DNA from: Candidatus Woesearchaeota archaeon
Lineage (GTDB): Archaea > Nanobdellota > Nanobdellia > Woesearchaeales > SKIA01
DNA length: 64,000 nucleotides
Assembly: GCA_043771635.1 (NCBI GenBank)
Contig: JAYVHA010000019.1
Span: 71,009-135,008 of the forward strand
Reading direction: 5' to 3'
The first letter of the stretch is position 1, and the number at the start of each line of letters is the position of its first letter. The notes beneath the pieces are model-generated. The model saw only the letters and a list, made by a program, of their open reading frames with translations, had not been told where the DNA came from and did no database searches. The translations under genes and the position numbers were made by a program. Shown one piece after another: positions 31,501 to 38,610 of this stretch.

Positions 31501-31941
31501 GTTAGCGACGGCGCCGCAAGCGACTCTGAATCAGGCGCAAGCATAACAATACTGGAACCACCAGCGCCAGTTCAAAATATTGCAACGCCTCGTAGAAACT
31601 CAGGTGGCGGCGGAAAATCAACAGTCGGCGGTAACGCAGTTACTCCACCGAAAAAGACTACTTCCGAAGTTCCAAGCACAGTGACAACTGGTGAAGCAGG
31701 CCAGCCGGAACCGCGCACTAGCAGCGAGGCGACGCCAGCACCGCTCGCTGACGAGGACATAGTAGAAAACCCAGTTCTTGAAGAGCCAAGTGACAATATT
31801 GAAAGTCCGCTTACAATCAATAAAACGCGCCAGTATACAGGCTTACTTGGCGTAGTTATGATTATTATAGGCGCAATAGGCACTGTTGTTGCCTTAAGAC
31901 GACACCCACTGCCAAAAGGACGCGCTCCTGCAGCTGAATAA
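28504..31941 (+). CDS. Surface glycoside hydrolase (clan GH-A, GH39-like) with Ig-like domains and N- and C-terminal TM segments
   Basis: IEAWNEP (acid/base), VVGGP, FTEYN (nucleophile); Ig-like repeats; Asn/Gln/Thr linker; GGGG hinge; C-terminal TM plus RRH. Confidence 0.8.
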   Translation: MAELENEQAWDEYIEEAYNRGYNRESLAQYLVTNQCYSPELVELILSHYDTRIRTARNHAVTASAFVMLLGFFLLTFSMQPSLLGLATFDTADARITFANIERQIPQGFYGSVTGGITGNQSRIDTNKDRVPDTASNYQLHRQKILEAGVTQIRMDMDITNVYNRDGTFNKWNSCNTCNFDNHKSTVNWARQNNLTIRLVAAYMPVWLANVTPACSANPTRCEPNNYTMWQQAVTRYIEEVGCTVPGTKCVIEAWNEPYLGQFLLPGGTCTERTQSYFRLYDATRAAVKSKWPNMVVGGPVGFHDTSCSKQLTESFFRNYTQSQVDEFILHQYSSSGNNDLAVKLRDDIAWIRAAGHRQPLCFTEYNVNNAYISVNDQTRQHLFITEGMMEGLRADNISCLVLFEWTVTTQYGAHMGYPYPANYIMFSEPLLDNQERGAFTASRDFSAQHREGQSVVTTTRANNNLAVFATTGADGNGKRITVANRAASAKAFTLAFTDLSSGLLRNTKTNAITAVANGVATLPAIGAYGVEYYEYTTTTTPPPPVIVPPTVGAITIAGGAATIVAGNTAACAVTSISTSGATGNLTLYWIVNGASISSTVRTVTGASSSEQFSAPRVTSAGERWQCSASLITSGGTVTRLSAETLAVAAPDTTKPFAAGISPAALTNTTNTSVNFAWRASDERSSTLSCEIIVNDVVRATVNTTNNTNTSRIITLQIGSYDWYARCADGAQNTGSSAVRAFQVLSPNQVIVVPPNTSTNQSTNQTINQTSPVTNATNPITNQTGNQTSNNTNQTPNATGNQTNSSNNTIVLPNPTLPQKPTAIITVSGGTRRDDAIAWRISATSSDELKETVLELTSPTGRELSRTSYNSGIESVSVSVPDFITIGVGSSVCAKLTVKDTYDQITTATKCLTVTNSAPRAATPTFESASGLYIAAQELACIVTVEDLDETPLTAVITTTRNGSTWNSTSRSIYSGDVVRETVPANVIFASDVWACAITVSDGAASDSESGASITILEPPAPVQNIATPRRNSGGGGKSTVGGNAVTPPKKTTSEVPSTVTTGEAGQPEPRTSSEATPAPLADEDIVENPVLEEPSDNIESPLTINKTRQYTGLLGVVMIIIGAIGTVVALRRHPLPKGRAPAAE

Positions 31942-32004
31942 TAGAAATGTAATATGGCAGCTTGACTGCAGCAGGAGCAATTAGCAGAGCAATATTTTGC
32001 TCTA

Positions 32005-32101
32005 CTGGTTATCGTTTGGACCATTAATCAGTTTAACCGCTAGGCAGTTAGAACCATTAACTAGTTAGACAGTTTATCAGTTGGACAATTAGGCAATTAA
32101 A
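32005..32101. repeat. Degenerate octamer tandem array (12 units, consensus about CAGTTAGA)
   Basis: CTGGTTAT CGTTTGGA CCATTAAT CAGTTTAA CCGCTAGG CAGTTAGA (A) CCATTAAC TAGTTAGA CAGTTTAT CAGTTGGA CAATTAGG CAATTAAA. Confidence 0.6.
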
Positions 32102-32275
32102 GCTACTAACACACTAACAAACACATTTACAACACCAAAGCAAATGTGTATTACACAATCAATTCCCGAATCAATGTAGAAGCATTTACCAATAACTATC
32201 AAGTTTGAAAGTAGAAAAAACCGTATAGTTTAGAGAAAAAAATTAATTTTTATCTGGTTTAGGTGTTCGACTAAT

Positions 32276-35200
32276 TTACTTGTTACGTCGTACCAAAATT
32301 GTTGCCACTGCGCCTGCAAGGAGCACGAAGGCAGCAACTAATAGCCACGCTGATCCACGCTGCGCACCTGCGGCGCTGGTACCAGTAACTTGACCTGTCA
32401 GCGGCGATGGCTGCGCTGACGGTGCCAATGGCTCACATGCGCGAGTTTCAAGTGGCTTGTCCGTAGCTAGTGTACACTTTGCACTGTCTTCACATGAGCG
32501 CGACTGTGCGCCGTCCGCGCAGGCAGTCCACTCAGAGCAGGACCACACGCTGGTACAAGCTGCTGCTGCAGGGCTAGGCACTGTTGCAGTTTCAGTTGGT
32601 TTTGTAACTGAGGAGCCTCCAGTAACGCTACTTGTGCTTGTGTTTGTCGCGTTAAGGCGCGATACAAACGGAGTAGTTGGGGTTACTCGACTTCCACCAC
32701 CGCCACCGCCACCGCTTCGACGAGGAGGGGTGGTTGCTGTTAGTGATATTGAAACAGTCTGCTCGGAGTTTGGAAGAACCTCAATAAACTCTTCTGCTGA
32801 GGTGAATCCGCTCTTCGATACTCTAATTGTATAGTTGCCTGGAAGCAAATATATGTTCATAGGTGCGGTTCCGCTCTGCTCAATTCCGTTTACAAACACT
32901 GTTGAATCTTCTGGTGCGTCAGTAATTTGTACAGTTCCGTTCGGCTTCATAGTAACGGGTACTGCGCGCTGCTCTCCTGCAGTAATCTGGATCGGTACGA
33001 ATTCAGTCTGGTACAGTTTTCGCTCGAAGCGCAGAACGTATGACGCAGGCGACGATGGCAGGCTTAGCGTTAGATTCAAAATACCTGATGCGTCAGTAAT
33101 TCCTATTGCAGTTTGATTTGCAACGCCCATGAATACTGATACATTTCCTGGCGCTGTTGTAATTAATAGTTGTGTACGTGCAGGAACGTAGTTTGCAACA
33201 AGGTTAATGTTTGTGCTGCCAACTGTAATTATTTGCGAGCGAGCGCCTCCATTCGACCAACTACTGAACACGTACTGGGTGTTGTTTACTATTTGGGACG
33301 CTGGTGCTGAAAATGCTATTTCGCCGTTCACTGTTACTTTAGCTACAGTCGGCATTGCTTCTTCGCGTCCGTACAAAGTCAAGTTAAGTCCTGGTAGGTT
33401 AGCGTCGAAGGTCATGTTGATTGTGCGCGGGTAAACAAGCACTACGCTTGCCGCTGTTGAAACGGTTGTTGTACCGAACGACTGCTCAGCGCCTAAAGTG
33501 ACGAAAGTTCCCGTCATCATTGCATGCTTTGCGGCGTACCAACTTCCTGAGCGTGATTGCGTTGAAAGTGTAACTTCGTCTATAAGACCATGGAATAGCA
33601 TTGGATTGCCACCGCCACCACCAATAGTGAATGGCGCTTGGTTATCAAAAATACTTGTTTGAGTATTATTAGTTCCAAGCTTTACACCGTCAAAGTATGA
33701 CTCAACAGTATTGATATCTTTGCGATACTGGTATACTACGCTGTGCCACTCGTAGTCTTCTGACGAGCCCACTTCGAAAATATCAGTGTCCTGAGTTCCG
33801 AGCTGTGCGTTTAGTGGATCTCCAGCTGCACGGCGCGTAATGAAGCCTAGTTTACAGCTTTCCTTTAGGTATATTCTATAATCCCATTCCTTAACGAAAA
33901 GGTTAGTTCCTTCAACATCGTCTGCGCGACCATCTATGCACACAATTGATGAGTCAAGCTTCGACCATAGCGATATTGACCAGTCAGCATTTCCTATACT
34001 TGCTGTGTTTTGTGTGTCAATGTAATCGTTAATGCCGTCAAATGCAATTGCAGGACCATTAATTCCTGCTACTGCTGCTGGCGCTCCAATTGCAATACCA
34101 TTGCTAGTTCCAGTTTCATCCACAATTGCGCCTGTTGCAGCGCTCAAGTGATATACACCTACATAGTCTTCACTCCAAACTGTTGTTGGAGATTCAGTCG
34201 TAGTCGCGGCTGCGTTACTGTAGTAAAGCCATGCGCCGACTCGTGCGTCCGGAGTAACAAGCGGGAACTTAACCCATACTGTTGAAGTGCCTGCTGGATT
34301 CCAAACATCGATTTCGTATGCAAGCTCCTGGTTATTTGCATCGATGAAACGGATGTCACCGCCGTCTGCGCGCGCCTTTGCATAATCAAATGTACTTGAT
34401 GTAAGCGTTACTAGTACTGGCACATTAACTAATGGCTCAGTAATGCTGCTTGTGTCTAGTAGTACTAGCTTGCGCTGCACATAGTTATTATTCCACCATG
34501 CCTGCTCTCGCGCAGTCAATTGTATTGAAATAAATGAAGGGTTCTCATGCTCAGGACCGAGTAGTGAACCATTAGGACCGAATACAATACCAAATGGGTG
34601 GGGATGGCATGCTGAACCGTTGTATGGCTGACAGTGATTAAGTGCAACTCTCCATTCTAGCAATGAAGATGGAATTGCAAGACCATCAGGATCAATGGCA
34701 GAACCGCTATACGCAATGTTTTGTCCGATTGCATAAGTAAAGTTGGCAATTGGTGAATCGATTGTAATTACAGGCGGTTGGTTCACAAGCGCCGCACCTG
34801 CGTTAACAGAAACAGTAGTTGTTGCAGTAATTCCATCAGAGTCAGTTACTCTAAGTCCAATAGTGTAAATACCAACGCTTGTAAATGTTCGCGAAACAGT
34901 AACAGTTGTTCCATCATCGTATTGACCATCATTGTCTAAGTCCCATGCGTAAGTAAGTGGACCGCCGCTGAAATCAATTGAGTTACTCGCATTGAATACT
35001 ACAGTAAGTGGAATATCACCACTTGTTGCGGAAGCAATTATACTTGCGTTAGGACCACCATAGCTAATTCGACGAACTGATAATGATGAATAGTCAAGAT
35101 AGTAAATAGCACCATCGAGACCAACTTGAAGATCTACTGGACCCACATTTGCATCCTTAACAAAAGATGACATAGAAGATGCATCTAGGTTGCCATTTTC

Positions 35201-36400
35201 ATCCCGAAAAATTACGCGTATCGTATTAAACTGACCATTAGGATCATAAGCAGCAGCCAAGTCAGCGAAAAATAGTGCACCTGAATACTCGGCAGGGAAT
35301 GCGTTACCGTTGTAAATAATTGCGCCCGTACTCGAGAATGCATCATCCGGTGAATCGTGCTTAAGCTGCACGAACGGCGCAGTTGCAGTTCCCTTTAGAT
35401 ATAGTGCTTCACAAAGAGGATTATCAAGAGCGTCATAGCCTTGCTGCTTTGCTTCTCCTTCATAACATGGCCAACCAAAGTTCTCTACTTCAGCGTCAGT
35501 TGGGTCTGCAATGTAGTTTACTTCTTCCCATTGGCTCCAACCATTGTCTGGAACCCAAAGCTCTCCTGACGCTTGATCAACTGCAAATCGGAAAGGATTA
35601 CGAAGTCCGTAAGCGATTATTCGCTGCTTTTGAGGGTCTGTTGAACTAAAAAATGGGTTATCTGAGAGAGCAGAACCGTCTTCAGCGTTGATGCGAATAA
35701 TAGCTCCACCATAACCCGCAACGTCGCCCGACGTTTCTAAGTCTTGGGTACGAAGTGCTCCGCCTTCGTTCTCTGGATCATCACACAAGTCTACAGGAAA
35801 TTGGCCTACGTCAGCTTGGTCATAGTTTGCTCCGTCTCCTGCGCCAAGGTAAAGTGCGCCATCCGGACCGAAACGAATGTCGCCAATCGAGTGGCTGGCA
35901 TAAGGAGCATCAGCTGCAGTAAAACACCATCCACTGTTCAACATATCAACGCGCGAGCCTGAAACAGGCAGACTGGTTACTTCATCAAAAGTCCAACGAG
36001 TTAAACGGGCGCCGTGAGTAGCACCATTATTAACAGTATAAACTGCATACACATAAGGTTTATTTGCCCAGTCAGGGTGTACTGCAAGACCCAGCATACC
36101 TTGATCCGACACAGCCATTACTTCTGAAGAAATATCGACAAAAAGTTGTGGCGTTGTGTCAGTAACATTATCCTGAACCATAATTCGACCATCTTTAAGG
36201 CCGACAAACAAAGTATCATCGGCGGCAAACCTCAACGATACTGGTAAACCAATGTAAGGATTGCCAACCTGAGAATCTGTGAAGCCAGCAGGCATCGCAG
36301 CTACTAGCTGCGTGCTGAATACAATTAGAAGTATGAACATTGATGTGCGCGAAGCTAGGCTTGCAGTTAGATAGCGGAATCTATTAGTCGAATGTGTCAT
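32276..36400 (-). CDS. Multidomain surface protein: PQQ-dependent sugar dehydrogenase-like propeller, PKD, DUF2341, LamG-like, PEGA, Cys/Trp module, C-terminal TM
   Basis: QGMLGLAVHPD, HSIGDIRFGPDGALY, AYGLRNPFRF, ENFGWPCYEG; PKD TYAWDLDNDG; WW....RK and DIRFID..ELAYEID; PGNYTIRVSKSGF; CTSVWSCSEWTAC; GGGGAG RBS. Confidence 0.85.
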   Translation of the reverse strand: MTHSTNRFRYLTASLASRTSMFILLIVFSTQLVAAMPAGFTDSQVGNPYIGLPVSLRFAADDTLFVGLKDGRIMVQDNVTDTTPQLFVDISSEVMAVSDQGMLGLAVHPDWANKPYVYAVYTVNNGATHGARLTRWTFDEVTSLPVSGSRVDMLNSGWCFTAADAPYASHSIGDIRFGPDGALYLGAGDGANYDQADVGQFPVDLCDDPENEGGALRTQDLETSGDVAGYGGAIIRINAEDGSALSDNPFFSSTDPQKQRIIAYGLRNPFRFAVDQASGELWVPDNGWSQWEEVNYIADPTDAEVENFGWPCYEGEAKQQGYDALDNPLCEALYLKGTATAPFVQLKHDSPDDAFSSTGAIIYNGNAFPAEYSGALFFADLAAAYDPNGQFNTIRVIFRDENGNLDASSMSSFVKDANVGPVDLQVGLDGAIYYLDYSSLSVRRISYGGPNASIIASATSGDIPLTVVFNASNSIDFSGGPLTYAWDLDNDGQYDDGTTVTVSRTFTSVGIYTIGLRVTDSDGITATTTVSVNAGAALVNQPPVITIDSPIANFTYAIGQNIAYSGSAIDPDGLAIPSSLLEWRVALNHCQPYNGSACHPHPFGIVFGPNGSLLGPEHENPSFISIQLTAREQAWWNNNYVQRKLVLLDTSSITEPLVNVPVLVTLTSSTFDYAKARADGGDIRFIDANNQELAYEIDVWNPAGTSTVWVKFPLVTPDARVGAWLYYSNAAATTTESPTTVWSEDYVGVYHLSAATGAIVDETGTSNGIAIGAPAAVAGINGPAIAFDGINDYIDTQNTASIGNADWSISLWSKLDSSIVCIDGRADDVEGTNLFVKEWDYRIYLKESCKLGFITRRAAGDPLNAQLGTQDTDIFEVGSSEDYEWHSVVYQYRKDINTVESYFDGVKLGTNNTQTSIFDNQAPFTIGGGGGNPMLFHGLIDEVTLSTQSRSGSWYAAKHAMMTGTFVTLGAEQSFGTTTVSTAASVVLVYPRTINMTFDANLPGLNLTLYGREEAMPTVAKVTVNGEIAFSAPASQIVNNTQYVFSSWSNGGARSQIITVGSTNINLVANYVPARTQLLITTAPGNVSVFMGVANQTAIGITDASGILNLTLSLPSSPASYVLRFERKLYQTEFVPIQITAGEQRAVPVTMKPNGTVQITDAPEDSTVFVNGIEQSGTAPMNIYLLPGNYTIRVSKSGFTSAEEFIEVLPNSEQTVSISLTATTPPRRSGGGGGGGSRVTPTTPFVSRLNATNTSTSSVTGGSSVTKPTETATVPSPAAAACTSVWSCSEWTACADGAQSRSCEDSAKCTLATDKPLETRACEPLAPSAQPSPLTGQVTGTSAAGAQRGSAWLLVAAFVLLAGAVATILVRRNK

Positions 36401-36497
36401 ATGTCTCCCCTTACAATGAGGATAGCAACCATACTATTTAAACATTACGGACTTTCTTTATAAAGCAAGTCACTAGGTAGTAGTTATTTTACTGAAA

Positions 36498-37616
36498 TTA
36501 CTTTTTAGATGGCTTACGCCGGCCTTTCTTAACTTTATTCGGTGAAGTTCGCTTAGTTCGCTTTGTTCGTTTAGCTGGATCCTTCTCAAGCGCCGGCTCT
36601 GCCGCGACTAACTCTACTGGACCAGACGGCGTATTTTTGCCCACAGGCGCTTCAGTCGGCTTATGCATCCAGTCTGCAAAGTACCAAATGAATAAAACGA
36701 AGAAAATGAGGAATAAAACTGAACCTACATAACTGTGGAACAAGCCAACTGCAAGCTCAGGGTCATAGAGCGCGCCAACAAGTACTATCAAGTAGACTCG
36801 AAGGACGTTTACCAAGAAAAGGCCAACCATAGCAAAAATAAACAATACTACGGCGCGCCAAGCAATAGTTTTGCGCCAATCAAGCGCAATAAGCATTCCG
36901 AAGAGTGCGCTGAACAAAAATATCGAAAATACGCCCGAGCAAGCCTCGCCTATAAGCACTCCGAACTCTTGGACGCGAAGCGTCATTGGAGGTATCAAAA
37001 CCGAGTCGCCAGGGAACACAATAGTCAACCAGTAAACCAAGCGACTCACTCCAAAGCTAAGTACTGGCCACGCGCGTAACACCAAATTCATGGAGGCGTA
37101 CAAAGCAGCTCCGAGTAACAGACACAAAAGCAAAGGCTTACGGAACTGAACAGCGAACGAATGAATAAAGTCTCGACCAAAAAAGCCGTATGCTAGCAGC
37201 CCGAAGCCAATCCAAAATAATAGGTGCATAGGAACTCCGATCGATAGCGGATGAAGATAGACCAAAGCAGGGTCTGCGTTAAGGTAGCGTACTGCGCTCC
37301 AAAATGCAGCTGCAAAAACAAGTCCCAAGAATATCCCCAAAGGAGCAAGTTTAGGAGTAATTTGCAACTCAGAGAGGGTTTCGCGCAGTGCGATAACAAA
37401 GAACACCGCAAGCCCGAGCGCAATGTATCCGAAGCCACCATAGGTCGCGAAACCGAGTCCATATAGTACCGGACCACCAACAACTACAGAGCCATAAAAG
37501 AGTGAAATAAGAATGCAAGTAGCGATTAATGCACAACCGTGCACAATTATTTTTTTACCTACTGGCGCACGTAGCAACGCTCCAAAGTCCATATTTACTT
37601 GCAACAGCACAGCCAT
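36498..37616 (-). CDS. Exosortase/archaeosortase family transpeptidase
   Basis: Multi-TM; IGEACSGVFS (Cys), NVLRV (Arg), LFHSYVG (His); Lys/Arg-rich tail; VPEF-CTERM gene nearby. Confidence 0.88.
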   Translation of the reverse strand: MAVLLQVNMDFGALLRAPVGKKIIVHGCALIATCILISLFYGSVVVGGPVLYGLGFATYGGFGYIALGLAVFFVIALRETLSELQITPKLAPLGIFLGLVFAAAFWSAVRYLNADPALVYLHPLSIGVPMHLLFWIGFGLLAYGFFGRDFIHSFAVQFRKPLLLCLLLGAALYASMNLVLRAWPVLSFGVSRLVYWLTIVFPGDSVLIPPMTLRVQEFGVLIGEACSGVFSIFLFSALFGMLIALDWRKTIAWRAVVLFIFAMVGLFLVNVLRVYLIVLVGALYDPELAVGLFHSYVGSVLFLIFFVLFIWYFADWMHKPTEAPVGKNTPSGPVELVAAEPALEKDPAKRTKRTKRTSPNKVKKGRRKPSKK

Positions 37617-37665
37617 ATAAATCTACTGGCAGAGAATTAATTGCTCAATTCGCTATTGTAAATAC

Positions 37666-38610
37666 TCAAATAACAAAAAATCGCTCACGAACAGCGCTGC
37701 GCCAAATAAGCGCGCGCTCATAAACCGCGCGCACCCAAGAGAAAGGTAGCAAGCGAAGGTCAGCCCAAGTGCGCACTCGTCCATTAAGAATCATTATTAG
37801 CATCAGTGGCGGGAACACTAGAAGCGCAAGTCGACCAAAGTATAATATTCTCGTTCGACCTTCATATCGATCACCATACAGTTTCATAATTCTAATCTTT
37901 TTTTCAACACGCTTGCTTTCACGCAAGTACTGCTTTATTGTCCAGCGCTTACGCTGATGATATACTAAAACACTCGGCGCCCAAACAGGCATTTTGTTTG
38001 TCGCAAGCTGGACACGCATTGCCCAGTCGCGATCTTCTTGCCCGTCAAACTCGGGATTAAATTGAATCTTTTCAAAACCTTTTCGGGTACAAATTATGTT
38101 TGCACCGAGATACAGTCCGCCCGTTAAGTTATCAACCACACGGTCACTAAATAGCGGGCGAAACGCCTCTGACACGTAAACTACGCGCCCTTCTGCAAAT
38201 TCGACGCCGCTTGAAAGCACAGCTACCGCCTCCTTGATCCAATCCGGATGCGGCTCACAGTCACCATCAGTAAATAAAATATATTTTCCACGCGCTTTTG
38301 ATACTCCTAAATTTCTGCCCCTGGAAATACCAATATTTTTGTTAACGCGGTGTACAATAAAACGCACGTCATTAATTGCGGCAAGTATCTTAGGTGCGTT
38401 GTCCGTTGACGCGTCATCAATAATTATACACTCGAAATTCTTGAATGATTGCGCTTTGAGAGCCTCAATGCAACGCTCAATATATGGACCATCATTATGC
38501 GTGCCAATAACCACGGACGCGAGCGGCGCAGTGCGAATAGTTTTTTTCTTCGCTACTAGCTTTACGGCTGCTTTGCGCGCTTTCAGTTGAGTTTTATTTG
38601 TTTGAGCCAT
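37666..38610 (-). CDS. GT2 glycosyltransferase
   Basis: SVVIGTHN, IIDDASTD, GISRGRNLG, LFTDGDC, QEDRDW, VYH; start at 38610 or 38616. Confidence 0.9.
   Translation of the reverse strand: MAQTNKTQLKARKAAVKLVAKKKTIRTAPLASVVIGTHNDGPYIERCIEALKAQSFKNFECIIIDDASTDNAPKILAAINDVRFIVHRVNKNIGISRGRNLGVSKARGKYILFTDGDCEPHPDWIKEAVAVLSSGVEFAEGRVVYVSEAFRPLFSDRVVDNLTGGLYLGANIICTRKGFEKIQFNPEFDGQEDRDWAMRVQLATNKMPVWAPSVLVYHQRKRWTIKQYLRESKRVEKKIRIMKLYGDRYEGRTRILYFGRLALLVFPPLMLIMILNGRVRTWADLRLLPFSWVRAVYERALIWRSAVRERFFVI

Noticed and set aside
32005-32101. Octamer array (and the 15415-15481 units) as a CRISPR array
   Set aside because: Units are too short, degenerate and contiguous; no unique spacers and no cas genes
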